Positions 31,274 to 41,228 are shown, counted from the stretch's first letter. The stretch: DNA of 64,000 nt from an uncultured Gammaproteobacteria bacterium (GCA_964506945.1 CAZDOC010000002.1:42834-106833); one strand, 5' to 3'. Notes: generated by a model not told the origin, from the sequence alone. Made by a program: numbers and translations.

Positions 31274-31902
31274 AACAGCAGGTCAATCTCTATCAGCCGC
31301 GGGTGAGGAAGCCGGGGCCGCTGCTGTCGTCCACGCGCGCGGTGGTGCTGGTGGCCGGTCTGGCGGTCTTGCTCGGCGCCTGGTTTGCGGTGCGCTACGT
31401 GCAGCTGCGCGGGCTGGAGAGCCGCCTGCAGTCCGTGGAGATGCAGAGGCAGGCCGAGAGCCGGCGGGTCGCGGATTACCGGCGCCGCTATCCACCGAAA
31501 CACAAGAGCGCGCAATTGCAGAACAAGCTGGCCACCCGCGAACGGGTCCTGCATACCCGCCAGCGGGTGCTGGAGATGCTCGAGAGTGGTGAAGTGGGCA
31601 ATACCCAGGGTTTTTCCGCCTACCTCGCGGCCCTGGCGCGGCAGAGGGTGGAGGGGACCTGGCTGACCGGTTTCACCCTCGCCAATGGTGGCCGCGCGGT
31701 CAGCCTCAGCGGCAGCACGGTCGAGCCGGATCTGGTGCCGGCCTATATCCGCAATCTGACCCTGGAGGATGTGTTCAGGGGGCTGTCGTTCGAGCAGATG
31801 GAACTGCGGCGAGCGGACGAGGCCCCACGCCGGATCGACTTCAGGCTGTGGTCTCCCGGGATACCGGAAACAGCGGCCAGGGGAGGGCATGCCAATGGCT
31901 AG
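31270..31902 (+). CDS. MshI2 (PilN-like) inner-membrane pilus assembly protein.
   Basis: MKQQVNLYQPRVRKPG followed by a single transmembrane helix, the typical PilN N-terminus. The start overlaps the mshI stop. Confidence 0.7.
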   Translation: MKQQVNLYQPRVRKPGPLLSSTRAVVLVAGLAVLLGAWFAVRYVQLRGLESRLQSVEMQRQAESRRVADYRRRYPPKHKSAQLQNKLATRERVLHTRQRVLEMLESGEVGNTQGFSAYLAALARQRVEGTWLTGFTLANGGRAVSLSGSTVEPDLVPAYIRNLTLEDVFRGLSFEQMELRRADEAPRRIDFRLWSPGIPETAARGGHANG

Positions 31903-32566
31903 CGGCAGCGGGCTGATGAAACGTTTCGATGCCCTCAAGGGCAATGAACGCCTGCTGCTGACGATCGTGGCGCTGTTGTTACTGCTGCTGCTCTGGGACA
32001 GCCTGCTGATGGGGCCGCTGCGCCAGCGGCAGCGCATCCTGGATACCGAACTGGGGGCCACGCAGCAGCAATTGTCCTTGTTGCGGGAACAGGCCCGCGC
32101 GATCCTGGCCGCGCACCAGGCCGATCCGGACGCACCGCTGCGCCAGCGGCTGGCGGAGGTGGAGGTCTCCATCGGCCAGGTGAGAGCACAACTACGGCAA
32201 CGCACCAGCCACCTGATCGCGCCGGAGAAGATGGCCGAGGTCCTGGAGACGGTGCTGAAAAAGTCCGATGGTCTGAGTGTCGTCGGCATGCGTGGGCTGG
32301 GCGCGCGTAGCCTGTTGCCGTCGGCCGCGGATGATGCGGGCGCGACAGGGACGGGGGAGGATTTTCACGGGGCCTATCTGCATGGTCTGGAGATCACCTT
32401 CACGGGTGGCTACCTGGAGACCCTGGAATATCTGCGGCGACTGGAGCGCTTGCCCTGGGTGTTCTACTGGAAAGAGATGGATTATCGGGTCGGTGAGTAC
32501 CCACAGGCCCGCACCACGATCCGGGTCTATACCCTGAGTCTGAATCGTGAATGGATAGGGGTCTGA
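31889..32566 (+). CDS. mshJ: MshJ (PilO-like) pilus assembly protein.
   Basis: Start at ATGCCAATGGCT. LLLTIVALLLLLLLW transmembrane helix followed by a coiled coil. It lies after the PilN-like gene. The track ORF starts upstream at 31769. Confidence 0.65.
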   Translation: MPMASGSGLMKRFDALKGNERLLLTIVALLLLLLLWDSLLMGPLRQRQRILDTELGATQQQLSLLREQARAILAAHQADPDAPLRQRLAEVEVSIGQVRAQLRQRTSHLIAPEKMAEVLETVLKKSDGLSVVGMRGLGARSLLPSAADDAGATGTGEDFHGAYLHGLEITFTGGYLETLEYLRRLERLPWVFYWKEMDYRVGEYPQARTTIRVYTLSLNREWIGV

Positions 32567-32568
32567 GC

Positions 32569-32913
32569 ATGCGCGGGATCGCCCTGGCACTGCTTTTCTT
32601 GCTGCCGGGCGGGCAGGTGGCGGCGCTGGAAACCGGACTGCAGGATCCGACCCGGCCCTATGCCTGGCAGGAGGTCAGGCCGGTGGTGGAGATCCCGCGT
32701 GAGGTGATGGAATGGCGGGTCACCGCGGTGCGCATCGGCGAGCACGGCCGCAGCGCCATCGTCAACGGCCTGCTGGTGCATGTGGGCGACGGTCTGGGCG
32801 AGGCCAGGGTGGTGGCCATCTCGGCCAGTGAGGTGGTACTGGATTACCAGGGTGAGCGGATCCGGGTCGGGCTGTTGCGACCGGTGATCAAACGGTTGAG
32901 TGAGCGCAAGTGA
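32569..32913 (+). CDS. mshK: MshK (PilP-like) small periplasmic pilus assembly protein.
   Basis: Signal peptide MRGIALALLFLLPGGQVAA. Small beta-rich protein immediately upstream of the secretin. Confidence 0.6.
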   Translation: MRGIALALLFLLPGGQVAALETGLQDPTRPYAWQEVRPVVEIPREVMEWRVTAVRIGEHGRSAIVNGLLVHVGDGLGEARVVAISASEVVLDYQGERIRVGLLRPVIKRLSERK

Positions 32914-32949
32914 AGACGGGTACAGGCTGGGCAGTGGAGATCGGAACAG

Positions 32950-34719
32950 ATGATGAATGATATCGGCATCGGAACACCGGGGCGCTGGATGTTGCTGGCG
33001 GGATGCGTGCTCTTGAGCACCGGCTGTGACCACGGCCTGACTCGCAAGGCCACCCTGGACACCATCGATCAGGCCGTGGCCGAGGCAGCCGCCACCAACA
33101 GGGAGCAGGAGGCGATACCGCGGGACGTGGCCGATGCCCTGTTGCCGACGATCGAGCTGGACAAGGACAAGACGCCCGTCAGCAAGGACAGGCAGTACTT
33201 CGACATCTCCGTCAACGACGTGCCGGCGCAGCAGTTCTTCATGAGCCTGGTGGATGGCACGGACTACAACATGGTCGTCCATCCCGAGGTGCGGGGGCGG
33301 ATCACCCTGAACCTGAAAAAGGTCACCATTCCGCAGGTGATGGAGGCCGTACGCGATGTCTATGGCTATGAATTCGTGCAGACCCGATACGGTTTCCAGG
33401 TCCTGCCCAGTCGCCTGTCGGCGCGTATCTACCAGATCAATTACCTCAACGTGAAACGTTCCGGCAGTTCCTCTACCTTCGTCAGCTCCGGGGCCCTGAC
33501 CTCGGGCCCGAACGCCCCCCTGACCGGTCAGACCTCGGCTCAGAACTCCTCCACCAACACCCAGGGCACGACCCGCCGCAATGTCGTCGGCACCCAGATC
33601 AGCACCGAGCAGCTGGGGGTCTCGTTCTGGAATGAACTGCGCACCTCCATCTCGGCCATCATCGGCAATGGCGAGGGTCGCAGCGTGGTGGTCAATCCCC
33701 AGTCCGGGGTGGTGGTGGTGCGTGCCATCCCCAACGAGCAGCGCGAGGTGGAGACCTATCTGCGCGCCACCCAGCTGATCGTCGAGCGTCAGGTGATCCT
33801 GGAGGCCAAGATCATCGAAGTGGAACTCAAGGACGGCTACCAGTCCGGCATCAACTGGGCCGCGCTCAAGGGAGAGTTCACCGCCGCCCATGTGGGTGGT
33901 GGTTCGATCCTGGTGAACGAATCCGGGACCAGCGACATCGCCGGGCAGGCCGGCGCCACCCTGCGTCCGGGCGGGACGCCGGCGCTGGACGGTACGCTCA
34001 GCTCGGCCTTTGGCGGGGTCTTCTCCCTGGCCGTGAATGCGAACAATTTCGCCGCCTTCGTGGAACTGCTGAAGACCCAGGGCAATGTCCAGGTGCTGTC
34101 CAGCCCCAGGGTCTCCACGATGAACAACCAGAAGGCCCTGATCAAGGTCGGCTCGGACGAGTTCTTCGTCACCGATGTGTCCACCACCACGGTGACCGGT
34201 ACCAGTACCACGTCGACGCCGAACGTGGAACTGACGCCGTTCTTCTCCGGCATCGCCCTGGACGTGACCCCGCAGATCAGCCAGGACGGCGAGGTCACGC
34301 TCCATATCCATCCGTCGGTCAGCAAGGTGGTGGATCAGCAGAAGAACATCACCGTCGGCGGCATCAGTCAGCAGTTGCCGCTGGCGCGCAGCACGGTGCG
34401 TGAATCCGACAGCATCGTGCGCGCGCGTTCCGGCCAGATCATCGTCATCGGCGGCCTGATGCAGGACCGCACCGATGACCAGGACGCCCAGACCCCGTTG
34501 CTGGGGGACCTGCCGCTGCTCGGGGGCCTGTTCAAGCATCAGAAACAGTCCTCGCAGAAGAGCGAGCTGGTGATCCTGCTGCGGCCGCTGGTGGTCTCGG
34601 GCGCGGACGACTGGACGCGTGAGCTGGCGCAATCGCAACAGCGCCTGGGGGAGATGCGCCAGGTGTTGCAGCGGCGTGACGACGAGTCCGCCCGCTTCAC
34701 GCGCCGGGTGGCCGAATGA
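32950..34719 (+). CDS. mshL: MshL secretin (GspD/PilQ family).
   Basis: Secretin C-domain: NQKALIKVGSDEFFVT...IVIGGLMQDRTDDQDAQTPLLGDLPLLGGLFKHQKQSSQKSELVILLRPLVV. Confidence 0.9.
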   Translation: MMNDIGIGTPGRWMLLAGCVLLSTGCDHGLTRKATLDTIDQAVAEAAATNREQEAIPRDVADALLPTIELDKDKTPVSKDRQYFDISVNDVPAQQFFMSLVDGTDYNMVVHPEVRGRITLNLKKVTIPQVMEAVRDVYGYEFVQTRYGFQVLPSRLSARIYQINYLNVKRSGSSSTFVSSGALTSGPNAPLTGQTSAQNSSTNTQGTTRRNVVGTQISTEQLGVSFWNELRTSISAIIGNGEGRSVVVNPQSGVVVVRAIPNEQREVETYLRATQLIVERQVILEAKIIEVELKDGYQSGINWAALKGEFTAAHVGGGSILVNESGTSDIAGQAGATLRPGGTPALDGTLSSAFGGVFSLAVNANNFAAFVELLKTQGNVQVLSSPRVSTMNNQKALIKVGSDEFFVTDVSTTTVTGTSTTSTPNVELTPFFSGIALDVTPQISQDGEVTLHIHPSVSKVVDQQKNITVGGISQQLPLARSTVRESDSIVRARSGQIIVIGGLMQDRTDDQDAQTPLLGDLPLLGGLFKHQKQSSQKSELVILLRPLVVSGADDWTRELAQSQQRLGEMRQVLQRRDDESARFTRRVAE

Positions 34720-34795
34720 GACGGGCCGGATGACAGCGGGGAGGCCGGCCGGTGATGCGCGACAGAGGTTTGACTTGGAGTAAGGAGAGACGGGG

Positions 34796-35740
34796 ATGTA
34801 CACAAAACACTTCGGTCTGACGGAGATGCCGTTCACGCTGACACCGGACACCAGTTTCTTCATGAACCGTTCCGGTTACCAGGACGCGCTGAATGTACTG
34901 CTGGTGGCCTTGCGCAGCGGTGAGGGCTTCATCAAGGTCACCGGCGAGGTGGGAACCGGCAAGACCCTGCTGTGTCGCAAGCTGCTGAAGACACTGGGCA
35001 CGGAGTACATGACCGTCTATATCCCCAATCCCTATCTGAAACCGGCGACGCTGTTCCTGACCATCGCCGAGGAATTGGGGGTGGCCTGTGAAGCCGGCAT
35101 GGACCAGCATTTCGTGCTCCGCGAGATCACCCGTGCGCTGGTGCGTTTCCATCTCAGGGGACGGCCGGTGGTGATCTGCCTGGACGAGGTCCAGGCCATG
35201 CCGCTGGAGACCCTGGAGACCCTCAGGCTGCTGACCAACCTGGAGACCGAGAAGACCAAGCTGATCCAGGTGGTGCTGTTTGCCCAGCCGGAACTGAATT
35301 TCCTCCTCGAGAGCCCCTCGATCCGCCAGTTGCGCCAGCGCATCACCTTCTCCTACGAGCTGTTGCCACTGAATCGCGCCGGGCTGGCGAGCTATGTGCG
35401 TCATCGCCTGGCGGTGGCCAACTACGACGGTCGAGACCTGTTCAGCCGCAAGGCCCTGGACCTGTTGTACCGGGGCAGTGGCGGGATCCCCCGGCTGGTC
35501 AACATCCTGGCCAACAAGGCCCTGATCTGCGCCTTTGGCCGGGGTGATATCGAGATCCGGGCGCGTCATGTACGCGAGGCCCTGGCCGACAGCAGCGAGG
35601 CGCGCGACTGGAAGACGCCGCGGGGCCATCGTTGGCTGCAGCTGTGGCGCGTGCTGAGCGGCGCCGGCGGCGCCGCGGCGATGGTCGCGCTGTTGTCGCT
35701 GGCCGGGGTCCGTGAGACGCTGGCGGCCCTGTTCAGATGA
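34796..35740 (+). CDS. mshM: MshM (ExeA-like AAA ATPase).
   Basis: Walker A GEVGTGKT. ExeA/MshM-type N-terminus HFGLTEMPFTLTPDTSFF. Confidence 0.85.
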   Translation: MYTKHFGLTEMPFTLTPDTSFFMNRSGYQDALNVLLVALRSGEGFIKVTGEVGTGKTLLCRKLLKTLGTEYMTVYIPNPYLKPATLFLTIAEELGVACEAGMDQHFVLREITRALVRFHLRGRPVVICLDEVQAMPLETLETLRLLTNLETEKTKLIQVVLFAQPELNFLLESPSIRQLRQRITFSYELLPLNRAGLASYVRHRLAVANYDGRDLFSRKALDLLYRGSGGIPRLVNILANKALICAFGRGDIEIRARHVREALADSSEARDWKTPRGHRWLQLWRVLSGAGGAAAMVALLSLAGVRETLAALFR

Positions 35741-36996
35741 GCCTGATCAACAACATGCTGCAGGATCTGGAACACCGCCGCGGCGGCCGGCCCTTGCAGG
35801 GACATCAGATCCTGTCTGGTCTCGACGCCGTGGGCATGGGCGCGCAGCATGAGGGTCACTGGCGGCAGGCCCGGCCGCTGGCGATCATGAGCCTGGGACT
35901 GGCCATGCTGGCGCTGGCATGGCTGGTGATCCAGGGGCGCCCGGGATGGGCCGGCCGCTGGCCCGCGCCCGCGCCGGCAGCACCGGTGACGGAGGAACGC
36001 GCGCCGGCCACCCCGGCCGTCGAAAGACCCGGTCCGCAGGTCGGTCGGCGGGGGCGGACGCAGGCCTTCGGCGAGACCGCCGGTCCGCACCGGGCCGGGG
36101 CCACGCCGGCGGCGCGCACCAGCCAGGTCATGGTGGTGAATGACCCCGGCGTGAGCGTGCCGGTGTGGTTCGGACCGGTCGCGGCGGCGGGCGCCGAAGC
36201 GGCGGCCGTGACCACGCCCCGGCCAGCGCGGGTCATGGGCGAAAACGGCGACGGCGCCCCGGTGTCGGTGCGGGACGCGGCCAGGGCGCCCACGTCACCC
36301 CGGTCCGCCATCGCGGCCACACCCGAAGCTCATGCCACGATCCGCTCACAGGGCGCCAGCGGCGGTGGTGACGCGTCTGCCGATGCGGGCGGCTTCCACC
36401 GTGAGTCCGCCCGCGGGGATGGATCCGCGGTCTCGCCCCTGAGCCGGGCGCGGGCGCGCCTGGCCAGTGGCCAGGTCGCCGCGGCCCTGGCGGGTTTCCG
36501 GGAGGTACTGAGGCAGGCGCCGGACAACACCGATGCCCGCATCGAGCTGGCGGGTGTCCTGGTACGCATGGGCCGTGCCGACGCCGCCCTGCGGGTGCTG
36601 GAAGCGGGTCTGGAAGTGGCTCCCGGGGCCTGGTCGCTGGCACTGTCCGGGGCGCGGATCCTGGTCTCGCACGCCGAGGCCGGGCGGGCGGCGCGCCTGC
36701 TGGAGGCGCATCGGCCGGCGCTGGCGGAGGCGCCGGAATACTATGCCTACATGGCTGGCCTGGCGCAGCGTCAGGGGGATGACGAGCAGGCCATATCACT
36801 CTATCGCATGCTCACCGCCCGGGATGGCGCCCGGGGGGTCTGGTGGATGGGGCTGGCGATCTCGCTCAAGCGCGAGAACCGGCTGCGGGAATCATTGCGG
36901 GCTTTCCAGCGCGCCTATGCGGACACCGGCCTGTCGGACAATCTGCGCCGCTATATCGGTTCGCAGATAGCCGGTCTGCGGCGGGAACGCGGCTGA
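35737..36996 (+). CDS. mshN: MshN (TPR-repeat protein).
   Basis: N-terminal transmembrane segment, Ala/Pro-rich linker, C-terminal TPR repeats. It sits between mshM and mshE. Confidence 0.7.
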   Translation: MSLINNMLQDLEHRRGGRPLQGHQILSGLDAVGMGAQHEGHWRQARPLAIMSLGLAMLALAWLVIQGRPGWAGRWPAPAPAAPVTEERAPATPAVERPGPQVGRRGRTQAFGETAGPHRAGATPAARTSQVMVVNDPGVSVPVWFGPVAAAGAEAAAVTTPRPARVMGENGDGAPVSVRDAARAPTSPRSAIAATPEAHATIRSQGASGGGDASADAGGFHRESARGDGSAVSPLSRARARLASGQVAAALAGFREVLRQAPDNTDARIELAGVLVRMGRADAALRVLEAGLEVAPGAWSLALSGARILVSHAEAGRAARLLEAHRPALAEAPEYYAYMAGLAQRQGDDEQAISLYRMLTARDGARGVWWMGLAISLKRENRLRESLRAFQRAYADTGLSDNLRRYIGSQIAGLRRERG

Positions 36997-38744
36997 TGCC
37001 CTCGCGCAGGAAGATACGCCTCGGCGATCTGCTGGTGGAGAACGGCATGATCACCGCCGCGCAGCTGGAGCAGGCCCTGGCGGATCAGAAGAAATCCGGG
37101 CGCAAGCTGGGTCGCATCCTGATCGAAAATGCCTACATCGCCGAGGACGATTTGCTGAAGTTCCTGTCTCAGCAGCTGAAGGTCCCCTTCATAGACCTGG
37201 TGCATTACCAGTTCGATGCCGAGGTGGTGCGGCAGTTGCCGGAGATCTATGCGCGGCGTTTTCGCGCGGTGGCCCTCAAGCGCCTGGACGACGGCCTGCT
37301 GATCGGGATGTCGGATCCGACCAATATCTTCGCCTACGATGAACTCGGGCGGATCCTGAAACAGGATATCAAGCTCGCGGTGGTGCGCGAGAGCGAGTTG
37401 CTCAAGACCATCGACCTGGTCTATCGCCGCACCGAGGAGATCAGCGATTTCGCCGAGCAGCTGAGTGACGAACTGGGCGAGACGGACATCGATATCGAGG
37501 ATCTGCTGTCCGGGGCCGATGTCGCCGATGCCCCGGTCGTCAAGCTATTGCAGTCGCTGTTCGAAGACGCCTTGCAGGTCGGCGCCTCGGACATCCACCT
37601 GGAACCGGACGAGAACGTGTTGCGCATACGCCAGCGTGTCGATGGCATCCTGCAGGAACACGTGATGGACGAAAAGCGCATCATGCCGGCGCTGGTGTTG
37701 CGCCTGAAATTGATGGCGAGCCTGGATATCTCCGAGAAGCGCCTGCCGCAGGACGGGCGCTTCAGCCTCAAGGTCAAGCAGCACAGCATCGACGTGCGCA
37801 TGTCCACCATGCCCGTGCAGCATGGTGAATCCGTGGTCCTGAGGCTGCTGGATCAGAGCGCCGGGATACTGGATCTGGAACAGCTCGGCATGGCGGAGGC
37901 CCTGCGCCTGCGCTTCGAGGGCATGGTCAGGCGGCCGCATGGCATGGTCCTGGTCACCGGCCCCACGGGTAGCGGCAAGACCACCACGCTGTATAGCACG
38001 CTCAAGATCCTGAACCGGCCCGAGGTCAAGATCATCACCGTCGAGGATCCGGTCGAATACCGCCTGCCGCGAGTCAATCAGGTGCAGGTGAAACCCGATA
38101 TCGACCTGACCTTCGCGCGCGTGCTGCGTTCCTCACTGCGCCAGGATCCGGATATCGTGCTGATCGGCGAGATGCGCGACGAGGAGACGGTGGATATCGG
38201 TCTGCGCGCGGCCATGACCGGACATATGGTGTTGTCCACCCTGCATACGAATGATGCGATCGCCACCGTGAACCGACTGCTGGACATGGGCGCCCCCGGT
38301 TACCTGCTGGCCTCCTCGCTGCATTCCATACTCGCCCAGCGGCTGATCCGGCGTATCTGCGAGAGCTGCAAGATGGCCGGTGAAGCGGACAAGCAGGAAC
38401 GGGCCTGGCTGGCGCGCAACGCCGATGCCGAGTCCATGCGGCAAGACTACTATCGCGGCAGTGGTTGCAGTCATTGCAACAATACCGGTTACCGCGGTCG
38501 TATCGGGGTATATGAACTGCTGGAGATCGACGAAGCCATGGCCCTGGCCCTGAGTCGCAGTGACACCGCGGCATTCGTCGAACATGCCGAGCATGCCAGG
38601 GGCTACCGCCGCCTGGACCTGGTGGCGCTGGATTATGCCCGTGCCGGGGTGACCTCGCTGGAGGAGGTGCTGCGGGTCTCCGCGGACAGTGGTGACGTGA
38701 CCGTGGCCGCCATCCGCCACCGCGCCGAGGGCGCCGGGACCTAG
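36996..38744 (+). CDS. mshE: MshE extension ATPase (GspE family) with an N-terminal c-di-GMP-binding MshEN domain.
   Basis: Two MshEN repeats (RLGDLLVENGMITAAQLEQALADQ and KLGRILIENAYIAEDDLLKFLSQQ). Walker A GPTGSGKTTT. Tetracysteine CESC...CSHC. The ATG overlaps the mshN TGA. Confidence 0.9.
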   Translation: MPSRRKIRLGDLLVENGMITAAQLEQALADQKKSGRKLGRILIENAYIAEDDLLKFLSQQLKVPFIDLVHYQFDAEVVRQLPEIYARRFRAVALKRLDDGLLIGMSDPTNIFAYDELGRILKQDIKLAVVRESELLKTIDLVYRRTEEISDFAEQLSDELGETDIDIEDLLSGADVADAPVVKLLQSLFEDALQVGASDIHLEPDENVLRIRQRVDGILQEHVMDEKRIMPALVLRLKLMASLDISEKRLPQDGRFSLKVKQHSIDVRMSTMPVQHGESVVLRLLDQSAGILDLEQLGMAEALRLRFEGMVRRPHGMVLVTGPTGSGKTTTLYSTLKILNRPEVKIITVEDPVEYRLPRVNQVQVKPDIDLTFARVLRSSLRQDPDIVLIGEMRDEETVDIGLRAAMTGHMVLSTLHTNDAIATVNRLLDMGAPGYLLASSLHSILAQRLIRRICESCKMAGEADKQERAWLARNADAESMRQDYYRGSGCSHCNNTGYRGRIGVYELLEIDEAMALALSRSDTAAFVEHAEHARGYRRLDLVALDYARAGVTSLEEVLRVSADSGDVTVAAIRHRAEGAGT

Positions 38745-38746
38745 TC

Positions 38747-39973
38747 GTGGCGCGTTATCGCTACAGCGGCAGGAAGGGCGACGGCGAGGCGGTCGATGGC
38801 GTGCTGGAGGCGGTCTCCACCGACGCGGTGCTGGTGCAACTGGAGGGCTTCGGCATCATCCCGCTGGAGATCGACCGGGTCGGGGGTGAGGACGACACCG
38901 GCAACGCGCCGGTCAGCCTGTTCAGGAAGCGGCCGGACCTGACCGAACTGATCCTGTTCACCCGGCAGATGTACAGCCTGATGCATGCCGGGGTGCCGAT
39001 AAACCGCGCCATGATCGTCCTGATCCGCTCCAGCCGCAACCCGATCCTGATCGAGGCGCTGAAGGAGATCCACGCCCAGCTCGAATCGGGGCGGGAGCTT
39101 TCCAGCGCGATGTCGCTGTATCCCGGTATCTTTCCCAGTCTTTATGTCAGCATGGTGCGGGTGGGCGAGAACACCGGCCGTCTGGATGAGGCCCTGATGC
39201 GCGTCGCCGGTTATCTGGAGCGGGAAAAGGATACCCGGCAGAAGGTCAAGTCGGCGCTGCGCTACCCCTCGTTCGTGCTCATCGCCATCGCCGCCGCGGT
39301 GACCATATTGAATATCTTCGTGATCCCGGCCTTCAAGACCATCTTCGAGCGCGCGCACACGCAACTGCCGCTGCCGACCCGGATCCTGATCGGTACCTCG
39401 GACTTCTTCGTCGACTACTGGGCCGGGATGCTGGTGGTCGTGGTGCTGGCGGTCATCGGCGCGCGCTGGTACGTCGCCACCGAGCGGGGGCGCTATCGAT
39501 GGGATCGTTACAAGCTGCGCATCCCCATCGCCGGCAACATCATCGAGCGCGCGGTGCTGGGCCGCTTCGCGCGCGCCTTTGCGATGGCGACCTCGGCGGG
39601 CGTGCCCCTGTTGCAGACACTTGCGGTTTTGTCGAAAGCGGTCGATAACGAGTACATCGGTGGACATATAGCGGACATGCGCCACGGCATCGAACGGGGC
39701 GACACCCTGACCCGCACCGCCGTGGCCACCGGCATGTTTTCACCCCTGGTGATCCAGATGCTCAGTATCGGCGAGGAGACCGGGGCGGTGGATGACCTGA
39801 TGGTCGAGGTGGCGGATTTCTATGAACGCGAGGTGGACTACGACGTCAGGAATCTGAGTACCGCGATCGAGCCGATCATGATCACGGTGATCGCGGTGAT
39901 GGTGTTGATCCTGGCCCTGGGTATCTTCCTGCCGATGTGGGACCTGGCCAGCATCAGTTTCCGGCACGGCTAG
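38747..39973 (+). CDS. mshG: MshG platform protein (GspF/PilC family).
   Basis: The 408-aa product has a duplicated GspF-domain architecture with three transmembrane segments and follows mshE. Confidence 0.88.
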   Translation: MARYRYSGRKGDGEAVDGVLEAVSTDAVLVQLEGFGIIPLEIDRVGGEDDTGNAPVSLFRKRPDLTELILFTRQMYSLMHAGVPINRAMIVLIRSSRNPILIEALKEIHAQLESGRELSSAMSLYPGIFPSLYVSMVRVGENTGRLDEALMRVAGYLEREKDTRQKVKSALRYPSFVLIAIAAAVTILNIFVIPAFKTIFERAHTQLPLPTRILIGTSDFFVDYWAGMLVVVVLAVIGARWYVATERGRYRWDRYKLRIPIAGNIIERAVLGRFARAFAMATSAGVPLLQTLAVLSKAVDNEYIGGHIADMRHGIERGDTLTRTAVATGMFSPLVIQMLSIGEETGAVDDLMVEVADFYEREVDYDVRNLSTAIEPIMITVIAVMVLILALGIFLPMWDLASISFRHG

Positions 39974-40137
39974 GAGCCTGTCGGATTTAGGCGATTGTAG
40001 CGAGGGGAAGCCTTTTTGAGTCAGATTTTTTGGTCATTTGAGGAGAATAGTGAGCCTATTTAACGAGAATGAGCGGAAAATCTGGCCAAAAGGGCTTTTC
40101 CGCAGTAGATCTGTCCTAAGTCCGACAGGCTCCTAGG
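39970..40137. repeat. 168-bp low-GC intergenic element bounded by 22-bp inverted repeats (21/22 match). It may be a MITE-like insertion or a structured regulatory element.
   Basis: Left arm CTAGGAGCCTGTCGGATTTAGG (39970-39991). Right arm CCTAAGTCCGACAGGCTCCTAG (40116-40137), its reverse complement except for one T/C. The 124-bp spacer is visibly AT-richer than the flanks and contains an internal 8-bp hairpin GCGGAAAA...TTTTCCGC (40073-40103). Confidence 0.6.
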
Positions 40138-40164
40138 CCGTGGTGAAGTGATCGGGGACGGTAC

Positions 40165-40689
40165 ATGGCGGGTCTGAATCGCAACCTGTCGCGACTGGAA
40201 CTGGCCTTGATGATCATGGTGATCGCCCTGCTGGTCGCGATGGCCATCAACCGGACCTCGGTGTTGTTCGTGGAGGCGGAGCGGCTGTCCGTGGACATGA
40301 CCCTGAACAGCCTGCGCAACGGCATCACCTACTACACGGCCGAGAGGATGATGCTGGGGCAGATGCGGCAACTGGCGCAGCTGGATGGGGCCAATCCGGT
40401 GGGCCTGGTGATCGTGGCGCCCAAGGGCTATCGTGGGGCGATCAACCCGGGCCAGGGCCAGAAGTTCGAGCCGGGGGACTGGTATTTCGACAAGGACCGT
40501 GGCGTGCTGGTGTACCGGGTGGTCAACCCCGAGCGCCTGTGGAGCGAGGACGGGGACAGCAGCAGGCTGGAGTTCAGGCTCAAACTGGATTACAGGGATC
40601 GGAACGGCAACGGCCGGTATGACCCGGGGATCGACAGTATCATCGGCCTCAGGCTCGTGACCCTGCATCCCTACCGCTGGGAGATCTGA
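40165..40689 (+). CDS. MshF-like protein (putative).
   Basis: The 174-aa product has an N-terminal hydrophobic helix (LELALMIMVIALLVAMAI) but no canonical G/FTLIE prepilin motif. It sits between mshG and the major pilin gene, where mshF lies in Vibrio. Confidence 0.45.
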   Translation: MAGLNRNLSRLELALMIMVIALLVAMAINRTSVLFVEAERLSVDMTLNSLRNGITYYTAERMMLGQMRQLAQLDGANPVGLVIVAPKGYRGAINPGQGQKFEPGDWYFDKDRGVLVYRVVNPERLWSEDGDSSRLEFRLKLDYRDRNGNGRYDPGIDSIIGLRLVTLHPYRWEI

Positions 40690-40735
40690 GGCGGTTTCGC
40701 AATCGACAGTGTGACAATACAAGAGGTGCAAGACA

Positions 40736-41181
40736 TGAACGGCAAGCAGCAAGGTTTCACCCTCATAGAACTGGTACTGGTGATCACCATCCTCGGTATC
40801 CTGGCGGCCTTCGCCATCCCGCGTTTCGCCGGCATCGAGACCCAGGCGCGCATCTCGGTGATGCAGGGCGTGGCCGGCTCACTGGAGGCGGCCGCGGCCC
40901 TGGCCCATGCCAAGCAGCTGGCGCAGGGGGTCTCCGCCGGTGGAAATATTTCTATGGAAGGCATCACCATCAATATGGTCAATGGCTATCCCAGTGCCGC
41001 AGACATTGACAAGGCAATACGTACAGGGAGCAATTCCAAAATACTTTCCAATAGTGCGGGAACATTTAATTATAGTGGTTTCCTAAGTTGTTCGGTGCAA
41101 TACACAGAGGCTCCGGCCACCCCGGCCGGCTCACCACCAACAATCATAACGACGAATCTGACAACAGCGAATTGTGAATAA
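40736..41181 (+). CDS. mshA: MSHA major pilin (type IVa prepilin, MshA/MshB-like).
   Basis: Prepilin leader MNGKQQG|FTLIELVLVITILGILAAFAIP with Glu5. C-terminal disulfide loop C...C. The 3' half of the gene is low-GC and the tail is Ser/Thr/Pro/Ala-rich (TEAPATPAGSPPTIITTNLTTANCE). Confidence 0.85.
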
Positions 41182-41201
41182 CAACAACAAATAACACCCA
41201 T

Positions 41202-41228
41202 GAGGCTGCGATTGCAGCCTCTTTTTTA
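41202..41228 (+). terminator. Rho-independent terminator after the major pilin gene.
   Basis: GAGGCTGC-GATT-GCAGCCTC stem-loop followed by TTTTTT, 21 nt past the pilin TAA. Confidence 0.75.
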
